Shown here piece by piece: positions 37,877 through 47,949 of a DNA stretch of 64,000 nt. The position numbers were made by a program, and so were the translations under genes. The DNA comes from an uncultured Chloroflexia bacterium. GTDB taxonomy: Bacteria > Chloroflexota > Limnocylindria > Limnocylindrales > CSP1-4. Positions within the stretch are counted from its first letter, which is position 1, and each line of letters starts with the position of its first letter. Location of the stretch: contig CAWEYL010000001.1 in NCBI GenBank assembly GCA_963813335.1, positions 896,001-960,000 of the forward strand, read 5' to 3'. The notes beneath the pieces are model-generated. The model saw nothing but the letters and a program-made list of their open reading frames with translations. It searched no databases and was not told where the DNA came from.

Positions 37877-39735
37877 TGGCTGGGCGATGGCGACGGAGCC
37901 ACCACCTGGACCGGCTCGTTGATCGTCAGCTGGACCCGTCCCTCCATCGTCGGGATCGTCGTGACCCAGTCCGGCCAGGTCTCGATCGTGACCGTGCCGT
38001 AGGCCTCGAGCGTCGCTGTCGCCTGCTCGACGGACTGGCCGAGGACCATCGCCTTGAGCGCATCGGGGTCGAGGATCGCGATCTGCGTCGCGCTCGCCGT
38101 GGCCGGGAACGAGACCACGCCGTCCTTGACGACCGCCGGGGACACGTCCACCTTGATCGAGCCGTCGACCAGCTCGTGGTCCGCGTCGATCGTGGCCATC
38201 AGGTGCGCCTCGGCGACGGCCTCCACCGGCTCCTGGTTCACCGCGGTGGCGGTCCCGGTCGCGGTCAGGCCCAGCTCGAAGGTGTCGACCTCCTTGTTGA
38301 GCAGCGTCGCCGGGTCGACGGTCGGGGTCGCCGGGCCGAGCACGCCGGTCTCGGGGAAGACCGTGGCGCCGGCCGGCGCGATGGACGGATCGGACAGCTT
38401 CGCCGTGAACTCCGCCTGCAGCGCCGGCTGGAGGGCCGCCAGGGCGGCATCGATGTCCTTCTGCGTGACCTTGAGCGTCTCCACGTGGGTCCCACCGGTC
38501 GTGGCGTCGGGATTGAGGACGTCGAGGGCGATGGGGTCCTCGCCGCGCGGGATGACGGTGATGGTGTTCGGCTCGACGTTGCCCTGCGTCCCCTTCTCCA
38601 CGGCGGTCACCTTGACGGTCGCCGTCTTGGGGAAGACCGTCACCCCCACGATGTCCGCCCGGCCGACCGTGATCGTCTGGGCCGTCCGGAAGCGGACCCC
38701 GGACGGGGTGCTGACGATGCTGCCGCCCGGGATCGTGTTCGAGGACGTGAAGTCGCGGTTGCGGAACCGGACGGTCCCGGTCGCGGCGGTCTCCTCGACG
38801 CGCTTGCCGGTCGCCGGGAAGGTGTCGGTCGTCGTGACGTCGACGTCGATGATGTCGGCGGGCACGACGCCCTTGACCGGGTCGGGCGTCGTGACCGACG
38901 GGTCCGCCACGATCGTCATCGGGATGGGGCCGACCGCCTCGTGCTTCGGCGTGACCACGATGGTGGCCGAGGGCAGGAACAGGTAGGCCGCCACGCCCAG
39001 GACAAGGACGAGCAGCCCGATGACGAGCGCCCCGACGATGAGCGGCGTCCGCCCGCCGGGTCCGCCGCCGGCGGCGCTGACGGGGCGGGTCACGGTCGTC
39101 GGCGGGGGCGGCAGGCCCGCGGCCGGCGGGGCCGGCTCGCGTGGCGGCGCCGACCAGCCCGCCGGCGTGGCCTGGGTCCGGGCCTCGGCCTGGAGGGCCG
39201 CCGCGGCGGCCGCCAGCTCGGCCGCCTCGGCCTCGTCGAGCGTCTGCTGGAACGATGTCTGGGATGGCGGCGCGGCAGCGGGCTGCTTGCGCGGTCGCCC
39301 ACCGGCTCGCGGCGAGGTCGTGCCCGCGGGTGGGACCGGGACGGACGGCCCGGGACCGGCGGCTGCCGCGCCGAGGGCGGCCGCGCCAGCGGCCGCGGCC
39401 CCGGGGGCGGCGGCTCTCCCGCCCCCGCCATCGCCCGGCCCGGCCCGTGCGGCCGGCGCCTCCTGCGAGCCCTCGTATTCCGCGACGGTCGCGAAGACCG
39501 GCAGCCCGGCCGAAGCCGCGAGCGCCCGCGTGGCCGGATCGCCGGCGATCACCGACAGCCGCTTCTCGTGGGTCAGCGCGTCGCGGGCCAGGAGGCGGAA
39601 ATTGATCCGCGAGGTCGCCACCCGCGACCCGTGCGGCAGCACGACGGCGACGCGGCGGCCCTCCGCCGCGCGGACCCGCGCGGCTGCCGAGGTGATCTCG
39701 TCGTCGATGTCGAGGTAGATGACGCCGCTTGCCAT
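37873..39735 (-). CDS. Bitopic membrane protein: STAS-like N-domain, disordered linker, TM, baseplate-J-like beta-rich extracellular region
   Basis: IYLDIDDEIT N-terminus; TM LIVGALVIGLLVLVLGVAAYLFLPSA; ATGTVRF...TIPGGSIV...GVRFRT...VTAVEKGTQGNV...TTGG baseplate-J-like pattern. Confidence 0.75.
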   Translation of the reverse strand: MASGVIYLDIDDEITSAAARVRAAEGRRVAVVLPHGSRVATSRINFRLLARDALTHEKRLSVIAGDPATRALAASAGLPVFATVAEYEGSQEAPAARAGPGDGGGGRAAAPGAAAAGAAALGAAAAGPGPSVPVPPAGTTSPRAGGRPRKQPAAAPPSQTSFQQTLDEAEAAELAAAAAALQAEARTQATPAGWSAPPREPAPPAAGLPPPPTTVTRPVSAAGGGPGGRTPLIVGALVIGLLVLVLGVAAYLFLPSATIVVTPKHEAVGPIPMTIVADPSVTTPDPVKGVVPADIIDVDVTTTDTFPATGKRVEETAATGTVRFRNRDFTSSNTIPGGSIVSTPSGVRFRTAQTITVGRADIVGVTVFPKTATVKVTAVEKGTQGNVEPNTITVIPRGEDPIALDVLNPDATTGGTHVETLKVTQKDIDAALAALQPALQAEFTAKLSDPSIAPAGATVFPETGVLGPATPTVDPATLLNKEVDTFELGLTATGTATAVNQEPVEAVAEAHLMATIDADHELVDGSIKVDVSPAVVKDGVVSFPATASATQIAILDPDALKAMVLGQSVEQATATLEAYGTVTIETWPDWVTTIPTMEGRVQLTINEPVQVVAPSPSPSQ

Positions 39736-39737
39736 CG

Positions 39738-41000
39738 TCAGACCTTCATCGCGCGGAGGACCCGGCGCAGCGCGGCATCGAGCGCGTCCTCGGTCGTCTG
39801 CAGCTCGATGGCCTGGTAGGCCAGCCCGAGCGGCGTGACGTCCTGCTGGTCGACCAGGAGGTGGGTCGCGTCGGAGATCGTCTCGATCTGGTCCGGCGCC
39901 ATCACGACCACCTCGGGCGGCCGCGCGAACGGCAGCCCCTTCCAGAACGCCTCCGCCCCGAGGGCGGCCTGGATCTCCGGCAGCCGCGAGCCGCCGCCGC
40001 ACAGGAAGATCCGATTGGGCAGCAGGTCGCCGCCAGACAGCTCCTCCATCACGAGCTCGACGCCCGCCGCCCACACGCGGACGTCGTCCCCGATGATCGA
40101 ACCGACCGTGTCGCGGTCCTCGACCGGCAGGCCGCGGGCGTAGTCGACCTTCAGCGCCTCGGCTCGCGGGAACGGCAGGTCGAGGCGGTCGGCGAGGCTC
40201 TTGGTGAACGCCCGGCCCCCGAGCGCGAACATGCGCGTGCCCTCGATCCCGCCCTGGCGGACGAGCGCCACGTCGGTCGTGCCGCCCCCGACGTCCACGA
40301 AGAGGGCGCCGGACTGGCGGATCTGGTCGTTGCCGAGGACGCGGGCCACGGCGTACGGCTCGGCGACGATCTCGAGCAGCTCGAGGTCCAGCTGGCTGGC
40401 GACGCTCTGGAGCGCCCCGAGGTGGACGAGCGGCGCGAACGCGTTGAAGATGCCGATCTTGACGTGACGGCCCTGGAACCCGACCGGGTTGGTCAGGGCG
40501 TAGCCGTCGATGGACGCGCCGGTCACCGCCGCGTGGACGAGGCGCACGTCGACCTGCGGCAGGCCGGTCTCCCAGGTGATGGCCCGCTCGGCCTCGCGCA
40601 GCGCCGCCCGCTGGACGTTGTCGATGAGCTTCTGCAGCTCGCTCTCGGTGATGGGCTGGTCCGGCTTCTTGCGCTCCTGGGCGTGGGTCGTGGTGAAGCC
40701 CTTCACCAGCTCGCCGGCGATGCCGATGACCACCTGGGTCGGCCGGAAGCCGGCCATCTCCTCGGCCTCCTGGAGCGCGACGGCGCAGTTGTCGACCACG
40801 GCGGCGATGTCGGCGACGGTGCCGGACTGCATGTGCGACAGGCCCTGCCGCTTGCGACCGACGCCGCGGACCGTGCCGTGGCCGCCGCTGTCGATGTCGA
40901 AGACGAGCGCCTTGGCGAACTCCGTCCCGACATCGAGCGCCGTGCAGGCGACGAGGCTCTCCTGGCCATCGCGCTGCCAGATGCGGCGCCAGAAGGCCAT
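39738..41000 (-). CDS. FtsA-like actin-family ATPase (outside the dcw cluster)
   Basis: ALDVGTEFAK, AEPYA, VDVGGGTT, CGGGSRL; MQSGTVADIAAV FtsA-type segment. Confidence 0.85.
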   Translation of the reverse strand: MAFWRRIWQRDGQESLVACTALDVGTEFAKALVFDIDSGGHGTVRGVGRKRQGLSHMQSGTVADIAAVVDNCAVALQEAEEMAGFRPTQVVIGIAGELVKGFTTTHAQERKKPDQPITESELQKLIDNVQRAALREAERAITWETGLPQVDVRLVHAAVTGASIDGYALTNPVGFQGRHVKIGIFNAFAPLVHLGALQSVASQLDLELLEIVAEPYAVARVLGNDQIRQSGALFVDVGGGTTDVALVRQGGIEGTRMFALGGRAFTKSLADRLDLPFPRAEALKVDYARGLPVEDRDTVGSIIGDDVRVWAAGVELVMEELSGGDLLPNRIFLCGGGSRLPEIQAALGAEAFWKGLPFARPPEVVVMAPDQIETISDATHLLVDQQDVTPLGLAYQAIELQTTEDALDAALRRVLRAMKV

Positions 41001-43747
41001 CAGGCCTTCGCTTGGACGGCGGCGCGCACCGCGTCCAGGGCGGCCGGCAGCCCGTCGCGCCGGCGGCCCGCTCCCTGGGCCATCTCGGGACGCCCGCCGC
41101 CCCGGCCGTCGAGCGCCGGCATGGCGGCGCGCACGAGGTCGCCGGCGGCGATCCCGCGCGCGACCAGGTCGGACGACACGGTCACGAACAGCTGCGGCTC
41201 GTCCGCGTCAAGGGCGAGTGCGACGACGCCCGACCCGAGCGCCTTGCTGACCGAGCGCGCCGCGCCCTTGAGGGCCTCCATGGACTCGTACGGCGCGGCG
41301 TGCGCCACCACCCGGACGCCAGGCCCCACCTCGACGGCGTCCGCGGCGAGCTGCTCGGGTGCGGCGATGGCCGCCCCGCCGCCGGCCTTCAGCCGCTTCC
41401 TCGCCTCGCGAAGCTCGTCCTGCAGGCCGCCGATCCGCTCCGGGACCGCCTCGAGCGACTGGGCGCCGACCGCCTCGGCGGCCCGCTCGAGCGTGTCCAG
41501 GCGGGCGCGGATGAGCGCGTCCGCCCCAGCGCCGGTCACGGCCTCGATCCGCCTGGTGCCGGACCCGATGCTCCGCTCCGAAGTGATGACGAAGGCGCCG
41601 ATCTGGCCGCTCGCCCGGCAGTGGGTGCCGCCGCACAGCTCGAACGAGTAGTCCTGGACGCGGATGGTCCGGACGGTCTCGCCGTACTTCTCATCGAAGA
41701 AGGCGTCCGCGCCGCCTTCGATCGCCTCGGCCATGCTCATGAACGCGATGGAGACGGGCCGGTCCTCGCGGATGATGCGGCGGACCTCGTCCTCGATGGC
41801 GCGGCGCTCGTCGTCGGTCAGCGCCCGGTCGAACGGGAAGTCGAAGCGCAGGCCCTCCGGGGTGACGAGCGAGCCGGCCTGGCGGGCCCGCTCGCCCACC
41901 ACGTTGCGGAGCGCCCGGTGGAGCAGGTGCGTGCCCGTGTGGTTGCGCATCGTGTGCGCGCGCCGATCCGCGTCGACCTCGGCGCTCACGGTCTCGCCGA
42001 CGCGCAGCCGGCCGCGCAGGGTCCCCCGCTGGACGATGAGGCCGCCGAGGGGCTTCTGGGTGTCCTCGACGTCGAAGAGGACGCTGCCGCCGCCCGGCTC
42101 TCGCAGGACCCCGCGGTCGCCGACCTGCCCGCCGCCCTCGGCGTAGAAGGGCGTCCGGTCCAGGATCACCTCGACCGCGCCGTGGCCGGTCAGCTCGTCG
42201 AACTCGGTCCCGTCGCGCAGGATCGCGACCACGCGGCCGTCGGCGGTCGTGGTGTCGTAGCCGAGGAAGGCCGTGTCGCCGGCGCGGGCGTGGACGGCCT
42301 GGTAGATGGCGGTCAGGCCGGCATGCTTCGAGAGCTCGGCCTTCTTGCCCGAGCGCGAGCGGTCGCGCTGCTCGGCCAGCGCGGCATCGAACCCGGCGCG
42401 GTCCACGCCGACCCCGTGCTCGGCGGCCAGCTCGATGGTCAGGTCGATCGGGAACCCGAACGTGTCATGCAGCTTGAAGGCCACCTCGCCCGACAGCTGC
42501 GGCACTTCGGCTGGCAGGTCCTCGGGTCGCCGTCCCACGATCCGGTCGCTGGTCGTCAGGCCACCCAGCGCCTCCTCGAGCAGCCGCGAGCCCGCGCCGA
42601 GCGTCCGGGCGAACTGCGCCTCCTCGCGGGCGACGACCGAGAGGATCTCGTCCCGCCGCTCCACGAGATGCGGGTACGCCCCGCCCATGACGTCGATGAC
42701 GACCCCCGCGGTCTCGGCCATGAACGGCGCCTGGCGGCCGAGCAGCCGGCCGTGGCGGACGGCCCGGCGCAGGATCCGGCGCAGGACGTAGCCGCGCCCT
42801 TCGTTGGAGGGCAGGACGTCGTCGCCGATCAGGAAGGTCACGGCCCGGGAGTGGTCGGCGATCACCTGGAAGCTGAAGCGCTCGGCCTCGAACGCCTCCG
42901 GGTCATGGCCCAGCAGCTCGCGCATCCGCTCGTGGATCGGCGCGAAGAGGTCGGTGTCGTAGTTGGACGGGACCTGCTGGATGACGCTCGCGAGGCGCTC
43001 CAGGCCCATCCCGGTGTCGACGCTCGGGAACGGCAGCGGGACGCGGCCGTCGGGCCGCTGGTCGAACTCCATGAACACGAGGTTCCAGATCTCCAGCCAG
43101 CGCGGACAGGTCTCCGAGTGGTCGGGCACGCACTCGGGGCCTTCCGACAGATGCGCGCCGCGATCGAAGTGGATCTCGCTGCACGGGCCGCACGGGCCGG
43201 TCTCGGCCATCCGCCAGAAGTTGTGGTCGTCACCGCGGTCGACGTCGCCCCAGGCCGCCATCCGCTCGGGCGGGATGCCGATCTCGTCGCGCCAGATCGC
43301 CCGCGAAACCTCGTCGTCCGTGTAGGTCGTGACGGCGAGCCGATCGCCGGGGATGCCGAGGTCGCGGGTCAGGAAGTCCCAGGCGTACTGGATCGCCTCG
43401 CGCTTGAAGTAGTCGCCGAAGCTCCAGTTCCCCAGCATCTCGAAGAGCGTGTGGTGGCGCGGAGACCGGCCGATCTCCTCGAAGTCGTTGTGCTTGCCGG
43501 CGACGCGCAGGCAGCGCTGGTAATCGACGGCGCGGGTGTACGAGCGGGTCTCCGCCCCGGTGAAGACCTCCTTGAACTGGACCATCCCGGAGTTGGTGAA
43601 CAGCAGGGTCTGGTCGCCCGCCGGGACGAGGCTGGCGCTCGGGACGGCGGCATGCCCGCGCTCGGCGAAGAACTCCACGAACCGCCGACGGATCTCGGCG
43701 GCCGGCAGGGAGACGATCCGCGGATCTGGGGCCTCGGCGGGTGGCAT
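41000..43747 (-). CDS. alaS: Alanine--tRNA ligase
   Basis: LLFTNSGMVQFK, GPCGPCSEI, DTGMGLER, HTGTH, ELCGGTH, GGGRPEMAQG. Confidence 0.98.
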   Translation of the reverse strand: MPPAEAPDPRIVSLPAAEIRRRFVEFFAERGHAAVPSASLVPAGDQTLLFTNSGMVQFKEVFTGAETRSYTRAVDYQRCLRVAGKHNDFEEIGRSPRHHTLFEMLGNWSFGDYFKREAIQYAWDFLTRDLGIPGDRLAVTTYTDDEVSRAIWRDEIGIPPERMAAWGDVDRGDDHNFWRMAETGPCGPCSEIHFDRGAHLSEGPECVPDHSETCPRWLEIWNLVFMEFDQRPDGRVPLPFPSVDTGMGLERLASVIQQVPSNYDTDLFAPIHERMRELLGHDPEAFEAERFSFQVIADHSRAVTFLIGDDVLPSNEGRGYVLRRILRRAVRHGRLLGRQAPFMAETAGVVIDVMGGAYPHLVERRDEILSVVAREEAQFARTLGAGSRLLEEALGGLTTSDRIVGRRPEDLPAEVPQLSGEVAFKLHDTFGFPIDLTIELAAEHGVGVDRAGFDAALAEQRDRSRSGKKAELSKHAGLTAIYQAVHARAGDTAFLGYDTTTADGRVVAILRDGTEFDELTGHGAVEVILDRTPFYAEGGGQVGDRGVLREPGGGSVLFDVEDTQKPLGGLIVQRGTLRGRLRVGETVSAEVDADRRAHTMRNHTGTHLLHRALRNVVGERARQAGSLVTPEGLRFDFPFDRALTDDERRAIEDEVRRIIREDRPVSIAFMSMAEAIEGGADAFFDEKYGETVRTIRVQDYSFELCGGTHCRASGQIGAFVITSERSIGSGTRRIEAVTGAGADALIRARLDTLERAAEAVGAQSLEAVPERIGGLQDELREARKRLKAGGGAAIAAPEQLAADAVEVGPGVRVVAHAAPYESMEALKGAARSVSKALGSGVVALALDADEPQLFVTVSSDLVARGIAAGDLVRAAMPALDGRGGGRPEMAQGAGRRRDGLPAALDAVRAAVQAKA

Positions 43748-43784
43748 CGGGCGCAATGGTACCGAACGCAGCGCCCGCGGCGGC

Positions 43785-44498
43785 TCAGGTCGGCGGTATG
43801 GGCAGGAACGACATGTCCGCGCCGGCGGCGAGCTCGACCGGTTCCCGCCCGTGACGGAAGATCCGCACCGTCTCGGGGCCGAGATAGCGGACGGTGCGGT
43901 CGTCCACGCGGAACATCGTCCCCTCGCGGAGACCGGTGACGATCACCTCGGGATGCAGCTCCAGATACTCGAGGATCCGCATCTCGCGGGTCTCGCCCTC
44001 GAACCCCGGCGGGTTGCCGTGGACGTAGTGCGGATTGATCTGCCAGCCGATCAGGCGCAGGGCGTCCATCCCGCGCGGATCGCTGATCGGCATGTCGTTC
44101 GTCGTGCCGATCGTGGGACAGGCCACGTTCGCGCCGGCGCTCCAGCCGATGTACGGGACGCCGCCGAGGACCTGCTCGCGGATCACCGGGAGCAGGCCCG
44201 CCCCTCGGAGCGATCGGAGCAGCTCCCAGGTGTTGCCACCGCCCACGGCGATCGCGTCGGCGGCGCGGATCGCCGCGATCGGGTCACCGTCCTCGAGGAT
44301 CCCGCGGACCGATCGCCCGGCGCCGCCCAGGACCGGGGTCACCGCCTCCAGGTACGCGTCGTACCTGCGCAGCACGGCGGCGTACGGCACGAAGGCGACG
44401 GTCCTGGCGTCGGCGAGGACCTCGTCGATCTCGGCGCGTGCGTGCGCAAGCGGCGCCTGGCCGGCCTGCTGGCCGTTGCTCAGCAGCAGCAGGCGCAC
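43785..44498 (-). CDS. pepE: Dipeptidase E (S51)
   Basis: LLLLSN, GGGNT, GWSAG, TTNDMPI, INPHY, GETRE. Confidence 0.92.
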   Translation of the reverse strand: MRLLLLSNGQQAGQAPLAHARAEIDEVLADARTVAFVPYAAVLRRYDAYLEAVTPVLGGAGRSVRGILEDGDPIAAIRAADAIAVGGGNTWELLRSLRGAGLLPVIREQVLGGVPYIGWSAGANVACPTIGTTNDMPISDPRGMDALRLIGWQINPHYVHGNPPGFEGETREMRILEYLELHPEVIVTGLREGTMFRVDDRTVRYLGPETVRIFRHGREPVELAAGADMSFLPIPPT

Positions 44499-44501
44499 CC
44501 G

Positions 44502-44780
44502 TCAGGCCTTGCGCTCGAAGGGGCCGAGCACGGCGAGGACGCTGACGATCGCGATGCCCGCCCACGACCCGATGAGCGCGGCCAGGAGGCGGAAGTCGCC
44601 GATCGAGAGCACCGTGATCCCGAGCCGGTCGCCGAGCGTGTCGCCGGCCCACGCCCCCAGGATCGCCGCCCCGACCAGCAGCGGCAGCCGTCCCCCCGCC
44701 GTGCCGCGGACGAGCACGTACAGGGCGACGTCGAAGACCCCGACCAGGACCCCGAGGATCAGCGCGGGATCGATGCTCAC
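44502..44780 (-). CDS. Small three-TM membrane protein
   Basis: Hydrophobic 92 aa, coupled to mnmA; GAWAG and IGDF motifs. Confidence 0.7.
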   Translation of the reverse strand: MSIDPALILGVLVGVFDVALYVLVRGTAGGRLPLLVGAAILGAWAGDTLGDRLGITVLSIGDFRLLAALIGSWAGIAIVSVLAVLGPFERKA

Positions 44781-45874
44781 GCCGAGGCCGCGAGGACCGC
44801 CGGTCGGGCGATCCGGCCGCCGCCGAGCACCTCGTCGCCGTCGTACAGCACCGCGGCCTGGCCCGGCGACACGGCCCAGACCGGCGTGTCGGTCGTCACG
44901 GTCCAGCGCCGCTCGCCGGCCGGACGGACGCTGGCCCCGACCGGCGTGGCCCGGTGCCGGATCCGGATGCTCGCCCGGAACTCGCGATCAGGGGCCGCGC
45001 CGGCGACGAACGAGGCGCGTTCCAGCTCGACGGTCCTGGTCTCCAGGTCCTCGCGCCGGCCCAGTTGGATGGTGTTCGTGAGCGGATCGATGCGGCTGAC
45101 GTAGCGTGGCTGGCCGAGGGCGACGCCGAGGCCCTGGCGCTGGCCGACCGTGTAGCCCGCCGTCCCGCCGTGCTCCCCGACCCGCTCGCCGTCGACGTCG
45201 AGCAGCGGGCCGGGCTCCGGGCGCCAGCCGGCGCGGTCCCGCAGCGCGTCGCGGTAGTCGCCGCCCGGCACGAAGCAGATCTCCTGGCTCTCGGGCTTCT
45301 CCGCGGTCGCGAGGCCCAGGCGGCGCGCGATCGCGCGGACCTCGGGCTTGGTCAGCTCGCCGAGCGGGAAGCGGGCGTGGTCCAGCTGGTCCTGGCGCAG
45401 GCCGTACAGGAAGTAGGTCTGGTCCTTCTCCTCGTCGCGGGCGCGGCGCAGGCGGGCGCGGCCGTCCTCGCCGACGACACGGCGCGCATAGTGGCCGGTC
45501 GCCACCGCCTCGCACTCGTACAGGTGCCGGGCGCGGCCGAGCAGCGCCCCGAACTTCACGTACGTGTTGCAGTCGACGCACGGGCTCGGCGTGCGGCCGT
45601 CCAGGTACGCGTCGAGGAACGGCTGCAGGACGCCGGCATCGAACTCGCGCTCGAGGTTCATGACATAGAACGGGATGTCGAGCTGCGCGGCGACGCGCCG
45701 GGCGTCGTCGGCGGCGTCCAGCGAGCAGCAGCTCTTCTTGAACTCGGAGTAGGTGTCGGCCACGTCGTGGAGGCGCATCCACACGCCGACGACCTCGTGC
45801 CCCTCGTCGTGCAGGAGCGCCGCGGCCACCGAGCTGTCGACGCCGCCCGACATGGCGACGAGGATGCGACTCAC
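44777..45874 (-). CDS. mnmA: tRNA 2-thiouridylase MnmA
   Basis: [46 protein letters not shown]. Confidence 0.96.
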   Translation of the reverse strand: MSRILVAMSGGVDSSVAAALLHDEGHEVVGVWMRLHDVADTYSEFKKSCCSLDAADDARRVAAQLDIPFYVMNLEREFDAGVLQPFLDAYLDGRTPSPCVDCNTYVKFGALLGRARHLYECEAVATGHYARRVVGEDGRARLRRARDEEKDQTYFLYGLRQDQLDHARFPLGELTKPEVRAIARRLGLATAEKPESQEICFVPGGDYRDALRDRAGWRPEPGPLLDVDGERVGEHGGTAGYTVGQRQGLGVALGQPRYVSRIDPLTNTIQLGRREDLETRTVELERASFVAGAAPDREFRASIRIRHRATPVGASVRPAGERRWTVTTDTPVWAVSPGQAAVLYDGDEVLGGGRIARPAVLAASA

Positions 45875-47055
45875 GCGAGGACGCCCTGCCCGAGCGGGTC
45901 CGCGGCGACGGATGCGGCGCCGACGCGCATCGAGGCGATGACCCGCGGCACGACCTCGCTCGCGAGGGCGATCTCCTCCTCGGTCGTGGTCCGGCCGAGC
46001 GACAGGCGGAGCGCCCCGCGGGCCTCCTCCTCGGGGTAGCCCATCGCGGTGAGCACGTGGCTGACCTCGGTCGATCCGGTGGTGCAGGCGCTCCCCACCG
46101 AGGCGGCGATGCCCTCCAGGTCGAGCGCCAGCGCGACCGCGCTCCCGTCGGTGTCGCGCGCGATGACCGAGAGATGGCCGGGCAGGCGGTCCTTGGGGTG
46201 GCCGGTCATCTCCGTGCCGGCGACCGCGAGCACGGCCTTCCCGAGGCGGTCGCGCAGCCGCCGCAGCCGGGCGACCGTCGCGGGTCGCTCCTCGCAGGAC
46301 AGGTCGTAGGCCGCGGCCGTGCCCACGGCGCCGGCGACGTTCTCCGTCCCGGCGCGGCGGTGGCGCTCCTGGGTACCGCCCTGCTGCTGCGCGAGGATGT
46401 GGGTCCCGTGGCGGACATACAGCGCGCCGGCGCCCTTCGGGCCCTCGAACTTGTGCGCGCCGAGCGAGACAAGGTCGGCGCCGAGCGCCTCGACGTCGAG
46501 ATCGACGTGCGGGGCGGCCTGCACCGCGTCGACGTGCAGGAGGACCCCCTTGCGGCTGCGGACCCGCTCCGCGATGGCCGCGATCGGCTGGAACGTGCCG
46601 ACCTCGTTGTTGGCCAGCATCACCGACACCAGGATGGTCCGGTCGGTCAGGGCGGCCTCGAGCTGGTCCGGGTCGACCCGGCCATAGCGGTCGACCGGCA
46701 GCTCGAGGATCTCGAACCCGAACTTCTCGAGGTAGCGGAGCGTGTGGCCGACCGCGTGGTGCTCGACCGCGGACGTGACGATGCGATGGCCGCGCGCCTT
46801 GCCGGCCCAGGCGGCGCCCTTCAGCGCGAGGTTGTTGGCCTCGGTCCCGCCCGAGGTGAAGACGATCTCGCGCGCCTCGGCGTGGAGCCGCGCCGCGAGC
46901 CGCTCGTGGGCGTCGTCGAGGCCGGAGCGGGCGGCCCGACCGAAGGCATGGGCCGAGCTGGGGTTGCCGAAGGTGTCGGTGAGATAGGGCAGCATCGCGT
47001 CGAGGACCTCGCGGCGGAGTGGGGTCGTCGCCGCGTGGTCGAGGTAGATCGCCAT
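45871..47055 (-). CDS. iscS: Cysteine desulfurase (group I)
   Basis: [36 protein letters not shown]. Confidence 0.9.
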   Translation of the reverse strand: MAIYLDHAATTPLRREVLDAMLPYLTDTFGNPSSAHAFGRAARSGLDDAHERLAARLHAEAREIVFTSGGTEANNLALKGAAWAGKARGHRIVTSAVEHHAVGHTLRYLEKFGFEILELPVDRYGRVDPDQLEAALTDRTILVSVMLANNEVGTFQPIAAIAERVRSRKGVLLHVDAVQAAPHVDLDVEALGADLVSLGAHKFEGPKGAGALYVRHGTHILAQQQGGTQERHRRAGTENVAGAVGTAAAYDLSCEERPATVARLRRLRDRLGKAVLAVAGTEMTGHPKDRLPGHLSVIARDTDGSAVALALDLEGIAASVGSACTTGSTEVSHVLTAMGYPEEEARGALRLSLGRTTTEEEIALASEVVPRVIASMRVGAASVAADPLGQGVLA

Positions 47056-47231
47056 GGCCTCGATCGTACACCCGGCGCCCCCACCCGACCCCTTCGCGCG
47101 ATCGCGCCGGCGCCGACGTTCGTCCATGCCCGACCCCGTCGTTGGCCGATGGGCCTCGTGCGGCCCGGGCGTCAAGGTCCGGGTCAGACAGACATGACGC
47201 GACCGCCGCGTCACACAGGAGACACTTCCCC

Positions 47232-47420
47232 ATGATCGAACTCATCACCGTCGTCGTCATCGCGGCCTTCGTCGCGTTCATCGTCGCGGTCGCGCGGCTC
47301 GGTGCCGACGAGGCCTTCGACGTTCCCGGCCTGTTCGGCCGGCCCGGCGTCATCGAGCGGGCCCGCGGCATCCAGGAGAACGACCTTCCGCCCTTCCAAT
47401 TCGGTCCACAGGGCGCCTGA
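47232..47420 (+). CDS. Small membrane protein
   Basis: AGGAG SD, N-terminal TM, 62 aa ending [13 protein letters not shown]. Confidence 0.6.
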   Translation: MIELITVVVIAAFVAFIVAVARLGADEAFDVPGLFGRPGVIERARGIQENDLPPFQFGPQGA

Positions 47421-47451
47421 CATCCTCGGGCCGGTGTGGCACGATCGGGCC

Positions 47452-47940
47452 ATGCCGGACGCTCCCGACAACAAGCCCGTCGTCCATCGGCGCGACGCCG
47501 AGGGACGCATGCAGGTCGGCCCGGACTGGGAGACCTTGATCGAGCGCCAGGTCCGCGAGGCGATGCAGCAGGGCAAGTTCGACGGCCTGCCCTACCAGGG
47601 CGAGCCCCTGCCCGATGACGACAACCCGTACGCGGGGGACTGGGCGCTGGCGCTCCACATGCTCAAGTCCGCGGGGGTCGCGCCGCCGTGGATCGAAGCG
47701 GACAAGGAGGTCCGCGACCTCCTCGCGCGACGCGACGCGCTCGTGGCGCGCGCCGCGGCGGGACCCGCACCGACGTCGTATGCCAGCCGCCGGGACCGCG
47801 CCGCGCTCGAGGGGCTGGTCGTCCGCATCAACGCGGCCATCGCGAAGGTCAACGCCGAGGCGCCGACGACCCGCCAGCACCGCCGGCCCCTCGTCCTCGC
47901 CGACGAGATCGCGCGCTACGACGAGGCCTGCCGCCGATAG
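47452..47940 (+). CDS. DUF1992 (DnaJ-C28 conserved domain) protein
   Basis: [25 protein letters not shown] and [12 protein letters not shown]. Confidence 0.85.
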   Translation: MPDAPDNKPVVHRRDAEGRMQVGPDWETLIERQVREAMQQGKFDGLPYQGEPLPDDDNPYAGDWALALHMLKSAGVAPPWIEADKEVRDLLARRDALVARAAAGPAPTSYASRRDRAALEGLVVRINAAIAKVNAEAPTTRQHRRPLVLADEIARYDEACRR

Positions 47941-47949
47941 GCGGAGCGC

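Noticed and set aside
37873-39735. Prophage or contractile injection system inferred from baseplate-J similarity
   Set aside because: No sheath, tube, spike, terminase or capsid genes; the protein is membrane-anchored and in a core operon
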